From Candidatus Euphemobacter frigidus (GTDB lineage: Bacteria > Auribacterota > Erginobacteria > Erginobacterales > Erginobacteraceae): DNA of 64,000 nt. Both the position numbers and the translations under genes were made by a program. The DNA is taken from contig JAVCDH010000003.1 of the NCBI GenBank assembly GCA_030765805.1, positions 5,021 to 69,020 on the forward strand, given 5' to 3'. Of this stretch, positions 8,855 to 17,462 are shown piece after piece; position 1 is the stretch's first letter, and the number at the start of each line of letters is the position of its first letter. The notes beneath the pieces are model-generated. The model saw only the letters and a list, made by a program, of their open reading frames with translations, was not told the DNA's origin and ran no database searches.

Positions 8855-11032
8855 TCATAATTCCGGGATCCGTGTCTTCGCTTCCAGGATCGCCTCTTCG
8901 AAGTGTTTTCGCTTGATTGTGAATGTTTTGATTGATTTTTCGTCGGGCTGGCCTTTCACTTTCGTCAAAAATTCCCTTATGGCCATCATGGAAGCCCTCT
9001 TGACGACGGCCGCGATGTCCGCCCCGGTATATCGATCGGTTTTCCCGGCCAGCGCCGCGAGATCAACGCCCTTAGCCAGCGGCTTGCCCTCCATGTGGAT
9101 TTTAAATATCTCCAGGCGGGCGGCCCGATCCGGGACGGGAAATTCTAAAATCAGATCAAACCGGCCCGGTCGGAGTATCGCCGGGTCCAGCATGTCGGCC
9201 CGGTTGGTCGCGCCGATGACAACCACGCCCTTCAGCTCTTCTATGCCGTCCATTTCAGTGAGGAACTGGCTGATGACCCGCTCAGCGGTGTGGGCGGCAT
9301 CCCCGCCTCCCCGGATCGGGATCAGGGCGTCGATCTCGTCAAAGAAGATGATGGTAGGGGCGGCCTGTTTGGCCTTTTTGAAGACCTCTCTTATCCCCCG
9401 CTCGCTTTCCCCTACGTATTTGCTCATCAGGGCCGGCCCTTTAACCGAGATAAAATTGACTTCGCTTTCGTTGGCCACCGCCTTGGCTACCAGGGTCTTG
9501 CCGGTTCCGGGAGTGCCGCGGAGCAGGATGCCCTTCGGGGGGGTAGTTTTTGATCGGGCAAAAAGTTCCGGGTATTTCAGCGGCCATTCTATGGTTTCCA
9601 TGAGCCGGCTCTTTATATCTTCCAGACCCCCCACATCGTCCCATCCGACATCAGGCACCTCGATAAACACCTCCCGGATAGCCGAGGGCTCGATCTCCTT
9701 CAGCGCCTCCATGAAGTTATCCATGGTCACCTGGAGCTCCAGGAGGATCTCATAGGGTATCTCTGCCAGCTCGAAATCCACCCGGGGGAATATCTTCCTC
9801 AAGGCCGACATGGCCGCCTCCCGGGCCAGGGCTTCCAGATCCGCCCCCACGAAACCGTGAGTGATCGCCGCCAGTTTCTCCAGGTCGACGTCCTCGGCCA
9901 GGGGCATGCCCCGGGTGTGAATCTGGATTATCTCGTACCTGCCGTTCTTGTCGGGGATGGGTATCGACAGCTCCCGGTCAAACCGGCCCGGCCTTCGCAG
10001 GGCCGGGTCCACCGTGTTGGGAATATTTGTGGCGCCGATCACGACGATCTGGCCCCGGGACTGCAACCCGTCCATCAGGGCCAGGAGCTGGGCCACCACC
10101 CGGCGCTCCACCTGCTTTTCCGCCCCCATCTCTTCCCTTTTGGGAGCGATCGACTCTATCTCGTCGAGGAATATAATGGCGGGAGCGTTGGCCTGGGCGT
10201 CGTTAAATATGCTTCGCAAGCGGCCCTCGCTCTCTCCGTAATATTTTCCCATGATCTCCGGCCCGCTGATGCTGGTGAAGTAGGCGTCGGTCTCGTTGGC
10301 CACCGCCCGGGCGATCAGGGTCTTGCCGCAGCCGGGGGGGCCGTGGAGGAAAATTCCTTTCGGAGCTTCGATCCCCAGCCGCTCGAAGACCTGGGGATAC
10401 TTGAGGGGAAGCTCGATCAGCTCCCGGACCCGGTGGATCTGCTTGTCCAGACCGCCGATGTCCTCATAAGAGATCCGGAGGCCGCCCTTTCTTTCCGGAG
10501 ACTCCTTCCCCTCCATTTTGATAGCCGTGGTGGACTGGATGAGAACCACTTCTTTTTTTGGAACCGTGTCCACCACCTTGAAGTCGCAGGATCGGGTTCC
10601 GAAGAGGTTGGCCCGGACCCGGTCCCCGGCCAGCAGGGGGAGTCCTTCCAGAAGCCGGCCGATGTACCGGGTGTCCCTTTCTCCCCGCAATCCGCTGATG
10701 GTAATGGGCGACAGGGTGATCTTTTCGGCGCCCCGGGAGGTGGTTTTTTCCACGGAGGCTTTTTCATCCAGGCCGACCTGGGCGTTCTCCCGGATGATCC
10801 CGTCGATCTGGACAATCCCCTTGTCCCGGTCCTCCCGGTAGGCGGGCATTATCTTGGCGGCGGTTTGACGCTTACCCTCGATCCGGACGACATCACCGAT
10901 CTCGCAGCCCAGTTTTTCGAGATCCGCGGGGTCGACCCGGGCTATGCCCCTTCCCACGTCGCGCGGCCTCGCCTCGGCCACTTTCAATGTCAATTTGTCA
11001 TTCGCCATAATTTTTTTCTCTCTATTATCCAC
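8855..11032 (-). CDS. CDC48/p97/VAT-family double-ring AAA+ ATPase
   Basis: N domain ([19 protein letters not shown]), D1 [25 protein letters not shown]2 [21 protein letters not shown]. Start may be ATG 11008. Confidence 0.93.
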   Translation of the reverse strand: MDNREKKIMANDKLTLKVAEARPRDVGRGIARVDPADLEKLGCEIGDVVRIEGKRQTAAKIMPAYREDRDKGIVQIDGIIRENAQVGLDEKASVEKTTSRGAEKITLSPITISGLRGERDTRYIGRLLEGLPLLAGDRVRANLFGTRSCDFKVVDTVPKKEVVLIQSTTAIKMEGKESPERKGGLRISYEDIGGLDKQIHRVRELIELPLKYPQVFERLGIEAPKGIFLHGPPGCGKTLIARAVANETDAYFTSISGPEIMGKYYGESEGRLRSIFNDAQANAPAIIFLDEIESIAPKREEMGAEKQVERRVVAQLLALMDGLQSRGQIVVIGATNIPNTVDPALRRPGRFDRELSIPIPDKNGRYEIIQIHTRGMPLAEDVDLEKLAAITHGFVGADLEALAREAAMSALRKIFPRVDFELAEIPYEILLELQVTMDNFMEALKEIEPSAIREVFIEVPDVGWDDVGGLEDIKSRLMETIEWPLKYPELFARSKTTPPKGILLRGTPGTGKTLVAKAVANESEVNFISVKGPALMSKYVGESERGIREVFKKAKQAAPTIIFFDEIDALIPIRGGGDAAHTAERVISQFLTEMDGIEELKGVVVIGATNRADMLDPAILRPGRFDLILEFPVPDRAARLEIFKIHMEGKPLAKGVDLAALAGKTDRYTGADIAAVVKRASMMAIREFLTKVKGQPDEKSIKTFTIKRKHFEEAILEAKTRIPEL

Positions 11033-11042
11033 GCTCTGTTTC

Positions 11043-11288
11043 TCAGCCCCCCCCCTTCAATATGGGTATCGGCCCCCTGGTTTTAACCGGGTTGATTGCT
11101 CTCTGAGCCTTGGGCGTGACCCGGTATTGGCCATCGCTTCCTACCACAAGATAATCGTCTTTAAGAAGCCCCGCGCAGACCCTTGCCGCGTATTCAGCGG
11201 AGACCCCGATCCTTCGAGCTATTGACTCACTATCTGCCTCGCGCAGGTTTGTAACAACCTTTACGATCTGGAGCTCTATTCCTTTCAT
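11043..11288 (-). CDS. Small winged-helix protein, paralog of 1146..1382
   Basis: [43 protein letters not shown]...DGQYRVTPK. Confidence 0.7.
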   Translation of the reverse strand: MKGIELQIVKVVTNLREADSESIARRIGVSAEYAARVCAGLLKDDYLVVGSDGQYRVTPKAQRAINPVKTRGPIPILKGGG

Positions 11289-11299
11289 CTTTAGCCTCT

Positions 11300-12022
11300 T
11301 TAATTTCCCGACAACCTTATGAAATCTTTCAATTCCCGCAGAGCCTCGAACCTCTGCCCCCGTGTCTTGTATAAGCGACTCAGGTTATAATGGGCCTCCG
11401 CGAAGCGGGAATTAAGCGCGATAGCTGTTTTGTATTCGTCGACCGCCTTCTCCGTCATACCCTTTTCCTGATAAGAGAGTGCCAGATTGAAATGGGAGTT
11501 GGCGTCGATAAAATCAAGCTCGATCGCCTTCTTTAATTCACGGATAGAATCATCCATTCTCCCCGACATCCCGTAAGTCGTACCCAGGTTGTAATAAGGT
11601 TCGGCCAGGTCCGGTTCAATCTCAACCGCTGTCCGGAACTCCGCCTTCGCCCTCTCGCGATCACCCATCCGATCGCAGGCTATCCCCAGATTATTATGGG
11701 CCCGCGCGTTGCCCGGATTTATCTGAAGGGCCTTCTCGAAGGCGATGATGGCGATTTGACAGTCCCCGAAGATCAGGCAGATTACCCCGAGATTGTTCCA
11801 GGCCGGGTCCAGAAGGGGGTCAATCTCCAGGGCCTTCTTATACTCCTTTATCGCCTTCCGGTACTCCTCCCTCTCTTTATATATTACCCCCAGGTTATTA
11901 TGGGCTTCGGGCAGCCCGGGGTTCAGTTCCAGCGCCTTCAAGTACTCGGATATAACACCCTGTGGGTGGCCGTCCCCGGCGAGGCTATTGGCGCGCTCAA
12001 AATGAACCAGGGCTTCTTTCAT
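11300..12022 (-). CDS. Tetratricopeptide-repeat protein
   Basis: About six 34-aa repeats A(H/W/Y)NNLG...A...Y.KA(L/I)E(L/I).P. Confidence 0.92.
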   Translation of the reverse strand: MKEALVHFERANSLAGDGHPQGVISEYLKALELNPGLPEAHNNLGVIYKEREEYRKAIKEYKKALEIDPLLDPAWNNLGVICLIFGDCQIAIIAFEKALQINPGNARAHNNLGIACDRMGDRERAKAEFRTAVEIEPDLAEPYYNLGTTYGMSGRMDDSIRELKKAIELDFIDANSHFNLALSYQEKGMTEKAVDEYKTAIALNSRFAEAHYNLSRLYKTRGQRFEALRELKDFIRLSGN

Positions 12023-12027
12023 GGTAT

Positions 12028-12957
12028 TTAGTTATAACAGATCTCATCAATCAATCTGGTTATCTTTCCCCTGAAATCCGATCTCCGGGATACGTCCAGC
12101 GAGTCCATCTCCGAATCCAGGATATCCAGACAGATCTTCGTGAAGCCCTCATCGGAAGAGGTTGGGCTTAGGTCGGCCATGTTCATCACCTTGCCGATCA
12201 TAATGGCGGCGCGGACTGTGGGTATGGCTCCGTTATTGTCGTGGTTTCTCAGCCCCCGGACAAGGTCCACGACCATCCCGGCTTCCGGAGGCGATATCCC
12301 GGTCTTGGCGGCGGTTATGGCTATCTCGGTATCCCGGTCGTAATGGCCCAGCTTTATGGTGATCAGCCGGTCCCAGAGGGCATCCTGCGCCCGGTGCACA
12401 CCGGCGTACTCATGGGGATTGCTGGTAAAGATAGCCCGGAAATCGGGATGCACCTTTAAATATCCCTCCGTTCCCCGGGCCGCGGGAAGGTCGAGCATCT
12501 TTTCTTCCAGGACGGAGAGGAGGACATTATTGGCCTCGGCCCGGGAGCGGGTAAATTCATCATAGATAAGAGTGAAGCCGTGCTTGCAGGCCACGGTGAG
12601 TCGATTGTCCACCCACTTGCCGCTCACGTCTTCTTCGGCCTTGAGGACCGAGTGGATGAAATTGTCCACCAGCTTTCTCTTCCGATAACCAAACTCCGAT
12701 CCGACCAGGTCGGAAGTGCCGAACTGTTCGTCCCCGTGAATCAGGATGGTCGGCTGACCCGCCTGGGCCGCCAGGTACATGGCCAGCGTGGTCTTGCCGG
12801 TCCCGGCGGGGCCGGAGAGGTTGATCGGATAACCCACATCCAGGTACAAAAAAGCCCGCTTTAATATATCTTCTATCTGGGGCGTCATTACAAAAGCGGG
12901 CTGCTCCCTGGCCAGCATGATGGGCTGAACCTCGGCGATGGTATCGATCTCATTCAT
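12028..12957 (-). CDS. gvpN: Gas vesicle AAA+ ATPase GvpN (copy 2)
   Basis: GPAGTGKTTLAM, DNFIHSVLK, WVDNRLTVACKHGFTLIYDEFTRSR, FTSNP.EYAGVH. Confidence 0.95.
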   Translation of the reverse strand: MNEIDTIAEVQPIMLAREQPAFVMTPQIEDILKRAFLYLDVGYPINLSGPAGTGKTTLAMYLAAQAGQPTILIHGDEQFGTSDLVGSEFGYRKRKLVDNFIHSVLKAEEDVSGKWVDNRLTVACKHGFTLIYDEFTRSRAEANNVLLSVLEEKMLDLPAARGTEGYLKVHPDFRAIFTSNPHEYAGVHRAQDALWDRLITIKLGHYDRDTEIAITAAKTGISPPEAGMVVDLVRGLRNHDNNGAIPTVRAAIMIGKVMNMADLSPTSSDEGFTKICLDILDSEMDSLDVSRRSDFRGKITRLIDEICYN

Positions 12958-14071
12958 TTTTCTTCTCCTCAGGGTTGTATTCTAATTTCCCCTCTCTCCA
13001 GTTGAACTTTATCTCCTCGGTTACAACCGGGGGTTCCCCCCCGCGGTTTAAGTTTCGTTTCTTCATCTCCTCCCAGCTCTCGATAACGGCCAGCCAACCG
13101 GTCCCGGTGCGCTCCAGGTTGATCAGACGGCCTATATCCGAGAGTTGACTCTCCAGGAACTGCTCGGCTTTTTCCTCGTCGCCGGCGTTAAAAGGCACGC
13201 TGTTCAGGGATTCCCGGAGGGGCCGCGTCAAGAGCCGCTCTTTAAGATTCTCCAGCATCGTTTCATCTGTTATCTGATCACAGGAAGATACAGCCAGTTC
13301 ATCGTCAATTGCCACCCGGCAGATAACCGGGATATCATCCCCTGAAATTCTCCTTCGTTTCTTCTCTTCCCAGGGTTCCATCCATATAAGACACCCGTTC
13401 TCCCGCCACTCGATATCGAATACCTGCCCCGCGTTTTCCAGCGACTCTTTCAGGAGACCGGCCAATTTTTCCGTGTCTGGCGTACTTTTAGCCACTTCCC
13501 TTAATCTCGCGCCGAAATCGTCCAGGGCCTCTCCCAGTCTCTGCCTCAGCCTCTCCCTCCGCTGTCTCAGTTCTTCCTTCCTTATCTTCTCCGCCTCCCT
13601 CTTCTTCTCCCACGAGGTCGCTTCCCGTTCTAAATCACCGGCCCGGTCCCGGTTGCCCGGAGGCGGCTTCCCCAGGGCCCGGGCCCACTCCCGGGCGATC
13701 AGTTTCTTCCTGATCGAGACTACCGTGGCCGTGTTGAGCGGTATCTCCTTCTTCTTTTTTTTGTCTTTGTTGTCTTCCTCCTTCCAGGGATTATATTGAA
13801 CCCAGGCCGCTTCATCGGGTTCGCCGGCCAGCTTTCGCTTGTCGTGTTCAATTATCGTTTTCGCCACGGCATCCCGAAAAGGAAGCCCCCCGGAAGAATC
13901 CTTTTTCAGCAGCTCCTTTCGTTGCAGCCTCCCGTCCCTTTCCATCTGCTTTTTCCAGGCCAGGGCCGCCTCTTCGAGAGGGGAGATGACCGCGACCTTC
14001 TTCCGTAGAATCCGGGCCTTTTCCCGGGACATTTCCTTTATCGCTTGAACTCTCGCGTTTATCACTTTCAT
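12950..14071 (-). CDS. Coiled-coil protein with two C-terminal GvpO-like domains
   Basis: K/E/R-rich N-terminus; two similar segments GQVFDIEWRENGCLIWMEPWEE and GRLINLERTGTGWLAVIESWEE resembling the GvpO beta-hairpin. Overlaps gvpN start. Confidence 0.55.
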   Translation of the reverse strand: MKVINARVQAIKEMSREKARILRKKVAVISPLEEAALAWKKQMERDGRLQRKELLKKDSSGGLPFRDAVAKTIIEHDKRKLAGEPDEAAWVQYNPWKEEDNKDKKKKKEIPLNTATVVSIRKKLIAREWARALGKPPPGNRDRAGDLEREATSWEKKREAEKIRKEELRQRRERLRQRLGEALDDFGARLREVAKSTPDTEKLAGLLKESLENAGQVFDIEWRENGCLIWMEPWEEKKRRRISGDDIPVICRVAIDDELAVSSCDQITDETMLENLKERLLTRPLRESLNSVPFNAGDEEKAEQFLESQLSDIGRLINLERTGTGWLAVIESWEEMKKRNLNRGGEPPVVTEEIKFNWREGKLEYNPEEKKNE

Positions 14072-14859
14072 AATTTTCTGTCAGGTGGATTCCCGGCATG
14101 AGAAGCAAGGATGTAGTAGCGGCCTTCTCTCAAGAGAAGGCCCTTTCTGACCAGGGAGTCGCAGAGCTGCTCGGCGTAAGTTGAGGAGATCGGGGGCGAT
14201 GCGTGCCTGCTCACGGCCACCCGGTCCGCCCGGCCCAGTTCCTTGACCACTTCCAGGACGTCCCGCTCGCTTCCCGAGGCCGTGCCGACCGGCCTTTCCC
14301 GCTCGACTTTAGCGGACAGGAAACTCTCCCCGCCTCCGCTCCACGGATTTCTGTCCGATGCTTTTAAATCATGGGATCTGGTCTCTTCTCTTACCGTGAC
14401 AACACCTTTCCCCCGGCAGGTCCCGCAGACAAGCTTGTTGGTCGGCTCCTTGCCCGTTCCCCGGCATTTGGGGCATATCTCCACCGGCGCCTCCACGTGG
14501 TGAACTCCTTTGCCTTTACAGGCATTACAGGTCACATTGCTCCGGGGTTTTTCTTCACCCCTCCCCCGGCAGAAGGCGCAGGTGACGACGGGCGGGTCCA
14601 CGATGAGGGTGCCCGTGCCCCGACAGACCGGGCACTTTGTGCCCCGGGGCCTTTCCCCCTGTCCCCGGCAGAATCCGCAGGGGTACTCCTCGTCCTCAAA
14701 GAGGGCGCCGGCCTGATGGCCACCGTAGGATTTCCCGGGACCTAGGGTGACCGGCTGCCAGGCCCATTCATCCTGCAGTTTTTTAATCCCGGTTTTCCCG
14801 GTCTTCAGCTTTGTTTTAAAACTTGCCTTGTCCCATTCCCAGCTCATCTTTACCCCCAT
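14068..14859 (-). CDS. DnaJ-type zinc-finger (6 CxxCxGxG) plus C-terminal winged helix
   Basis: CGFCRGQG, CPVCRGTG, CAFCRGRG, CNACKGKG, CPKCRGTG, CGTCRGKG; then ERDVLEVVKELGRADRVAVS...ISSTYAEQLCDSLVRKGLL. Confidence 0.8.
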   Translation of the reverse strand: MGVKMSWEWDKASFKTKLKTGKTGIKKLQDEWAWQPVTLGPGKSYGGHQAGALFEDEEYPCGFCRGQGERPRGTKCPVCRGTGTLIVDPPVVTCAFCRGRGEEKPRSNVTCNACKGKGVHHVEAPVEICPKCRGTGKEPTNKLVCGTCRGKGVVTVREETRSHDLKASDRNPWSGGGESFLSAKVERERPVGTASGSERDVLEVVKELGRADRVAVSRHASPPISSTYAEQLCDSLVRKGLLLREGRYYILASHAGNPPDRKL

Positions 14860-14897
14860 TTACATGGTGCAAAATAGTGAACAAATCCCTGATTACT

Positions 14898-15290
14898 TCA
14901 GTAGCTCCAATCCATCTTCTTAAAATGCCCTGGGACCTTCCGCTTGGTTTTTACGTCTGTCTTGTTTTCAGATTCTTCTAAACCACCCTTGGGGACCTTG
15001 GGTAATTTATCTTCCTTTTCCAGCAGGTCTTTTTTTACATCTCGCCATGAATCTGAAATGTTCTTTTGTCGTTTTCCTAAAATTTCGCCATATTTTTCCG
15101 TCCGTTCTTTCTCCTTAGTTCTTATATACATATCCAGATAATCCTGTCCTTCGGTCTTTGGCTTTGAATGGACTCTGGACTGTATATTTGTCTTCGGGGG
15201 GATGCTGTCGCCTCTGCTCGGCTTTCTTTTTCTCCCCTCCTCATCTTCCCAAGGGAAAAATTTATCTGCATCTTTTTTATAGTCCGGCAC
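14898..15290 (-). CDS. GvpV-like gas vesicle accessory protein
   Basis: KTEGQDYLDMYIRTKEKER...coiled coil...FKKMDWSY resembles the YL..Y.L..EK.RL motif and terminal Tyr of GvpV-type proteins; lies downstream of gvpN. Confidence 0.5.
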   Translation of the reverse strand: MPDYKKDADKFFPWEDEEGRKRKPSRGDSIPPKTNIQSRVHSKPKTEGQDYLDMYIRTKEKERTEKYGEILGKRQKNISDSWRDVKKDLLEKEDKLPKVPKGGLEESENKTDVKTKRKVPGHFKKMDWSY

Positions 15291-15384
15291 GGTTCATCAC
15301 CCCCTTAATTGATTTACTCCCGGTCTCTGAAACCGGTAAAATGCCCTCTTTCTTCCGTCCTCTGCCCTCTATCCTTACCGTCCT

Positions 15385-15555
15385 CTACTTGGCCGCCTTG
15401 CGGGCGTGGATTGTTATATGCTGGGCCAGTTGAGTCCCCTGTATCTTGATCTCGACCATTTGACCGGGCTCCAACTTGGCCTCTCTCCGGATGTTGCCGG
15501 GAATAGGAATTCGGCCTTCTTCATCGACCCGCGCGTAAGCTCTCATCAATGTCAT
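15385..15555 (-). CDS. AbrB/MazE/SpoVT-family DNA-binding protein (56 aa)
   Basis: Below ORF-track cutoff. AAAAGGAGG RBS; MTLMRAYARVDEEGRIPIPGNIRREAKLEPGQMVEIKIQGTQLAQHITIHARKAAK; VD..GRI.IP..IR....L.PG..VEI motif. Confidence 0.8.
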   Translation of the reverse strand: MTLMRAYARVDEEGRIPIPGNIRREAKLEPGQMVEIKIQGTQLAQHITIHARKAAK

Positions 15556-15848
15556 CTTCTTCCTCCTTTTATAAAATTAGCGGCTTCGCCGCTACTTTTA
15601 TGTTTTGAACAACGACCATCATGATTCTATTGAGGCAATATCGGAAATTATTTTCACAATTGCAATGGGCATTTTATATCGAAATAATCTTATTTTTCCT
15701 GCGTAAAAATAATATTATTGAAATTTGAGCTTATCTTCTCAACTGCCTGGCGAGGTCTTCCTACCCCAGGTTCCGGGTTGGGATGGCCTTCCCGCGGGTA
15801 TCTTTCTGAATTTCCGGATAACAATCCGGCCGGACACCGGTGGTCTCT

Positions 15849-16766
15849 TCAGCAGTATTGATCGAGCAGCTTGTTGATGATCTCTCTGACCTTCTGCTGG
15901 TGGGAGCGGGAACCGACCCGGCTGGTCTCGGAAGTCAATATCTCCAGGGCCGTCTCCCGGAAGACCGGATTGTCCCTGGAGACGACCGCTCCCCGCACTT
16001 TCAGGGTCTTGCCGATCATGATCGGTCCCCGGATGGTGGGGGCGTACTCGCACTTGCCCGACTCCCGCAGGCCCCGCACCACGTTAATCAACTTTTCCGC
16101 GTCCGGAGGAGAAAGATCGGTTTTCGCTACCGTGATGGCCACCTCGGTTTCCCCGTCATAGTGATCAAGGTCGATGGTGATCATCCGGTCTCGCAGGGCA
16201 TCCTGGCTCCGATAGACACCGGCGTACTCTTCGGGATTGGAGGTGAAGATGGCCGTGAAATTGGGATCGACCTTGAGGTAGCTCTCATTGCCTTCCCGGG
16301 CGGCGGGAAGATCGAGCATCTTTTCCTGAAGGACGGAGAGCAGAGTGTTGTTGGCCTCGGGGCGGGAACGGGTGAACTCGTCGTAGATCAGGGTGAACCC
16401 GTACTTGCAGGCCACGGTCAGGCGGTTGTCCACCCAGCGCCTCTGCATGTCTTCTTCGGTTTTCAGGACCGAGTGGATGAAATTGTCGATGACCTTCTTT
16501 ACGCGGTACCCGTATTCTCCCCCCACCAGGTCGGAGGAGGAGAACTCCTCGTCCCCGTGGATCAGCATCACCGGCCGGCCGATCTTCGAGGCGATATGCA
16601 TGGCCAGCGTGGTCTTCCCGGTGCCGGAAACTCCCCTGAAGTGGACGGGAAACCCGGCGGCGATATAGGCCAGCGATCTCTCGGTGACTCCTATGACCTG
16701 GGGGGTTTCAACGAAATTAGGCAGGGCCCGCGGCTCTAATACAGTGGTTAACTCTTCTACCGGCAT
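15849..16766 (-). CDS. gvpN: Gas vesicle AAA+ ATPase GvpN (copy 1)
   Basis: GFPVHFRGVSGTGKTTLAM, WVDNRLTVACKYGFTLIYDEFTRSRPEANN, FTSNPEEYAGVY; AAGGAGGTG RBS. Confidence 0.95.
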   Translation of the reverse strand: MPVEELTTVLEPRALPNFVETPQVIGVTERSLAYIAAGFPVHFRGVSGTGKTTLAMHIASKIGRPVMLIHGDEEFSSSDLVGGEYGYRVKKVIDNFIHSVLKTEEDMQRRWVDNRLTVACKYGFTLIYDEFTRSRPEANNTLLSVLQEKMLDLPAAREGNESYLKVDPNFTAIFTSNPEEYAGVYRSQDALRDRMITIDLDHYDGETEVAITVAKTDLSPPDAEKLINVVRGLRESGKCEYAPTIRGPIMIGKTLKVRGAVVSRDNPVFRETALEILTSETSRVGSRSHQQKVREIINKLLDQYC

Positions 16767-16994
16767 CTTACACCTCCTTTTTTTTTAAGACGCACCCGCT
16801 GTCATGCCTTAACAGCGAATGGGCCGTTTGCGTTCTCCCATTCTGTACAAGTTACGACCGGAGACGCAATTCTTGTTGATACTCACTCCCGGATAACGGA
16901 GGAGGGGCTTTTATATGTCAAAAATAAGAGATAGTGCTAAAGTTTCCAACATTAAAGCAAGGGCGCCTTAACAATTTCCCCGCGGGGTGATTGA

Positions 16995-17348
16995 CTATAC
17001 GACTCCTTTGCCCCCGCAATTCAGACAGGGAAGACTGTCGGGGGCCTGCCCGGTGCCTTTGCATACGGGACAGACTTTGGTTTTCTCCGGTACAGTGTTC
17101 ACACCCTTACCCCCGCACACGGTGCAGGTGAGCCTCCGATCGGGGTAAATGCCGGTCCCATTACAGAAGGCGCATTCCGCGGTGGGGAGGATGACACTCA
17201 CTTTCCCGGTTCCCCCACAGACCTGGCAGACGGACAACGGAGAGAGGAGACCAAAGGGGTCAATCCCTTCCCCGTCGCAGAAGGCGCATTTTATGGTCTT
17301 GCTGGAAACCTTTATTTCTTTGCCTGCTTTTACTTTTTTCTTGGCCAT
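16995..17348 (-). CDS. DnaJ-type cysteine-rich zinc-finger protein (6 CxxCxGxG)
   Basis: CAFCDGEG.DPF.LLS.LS.CQVCGGTG, shared with 2125..2517; four more motifs follow. Confidence 0.85.
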   Translation of the reverse strand: MAKKKVKAGKEIKVSSKTIKCAFCDGEGIDPFGLLSPLSVCQVCGGTGKVSVILPTAECAFCNGTGIYPDRRLTCTVCGGKGVNTVPEKTKVCPVCKGTGQAPDSLPCLNCGGKGVV

Positions 17349-17462
17349 TTTACTTTCCTCTTCTTATATTCAGCATATATTCTTGTCTCAACCCTTCTCA
17401 CAATTCGGGGAAACAGCCCCCGGCTGTGATTTACTTCCCCTGAAGTATCTCCCCAACCGATA

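Noticed and set aside
9857-11086. Long + strand ORFs opposite gvp genes (also 8913..9755, 6652..7611, 15840..16739) and - strand ORFs opposite thrS, rny and xseA
   Set aside because: Antisense shadows of GC3-rich genes with clear family motifs on the other strand; no motifs of their own.
16780-16870. c-di-GMP-I riboswitch (ACGCAAA and ATGACAGCGGG fragments)
   Set aside because: The GGCAAA/GNRA-capped P2 arm is missing; kept only as an unassigned structured leader.
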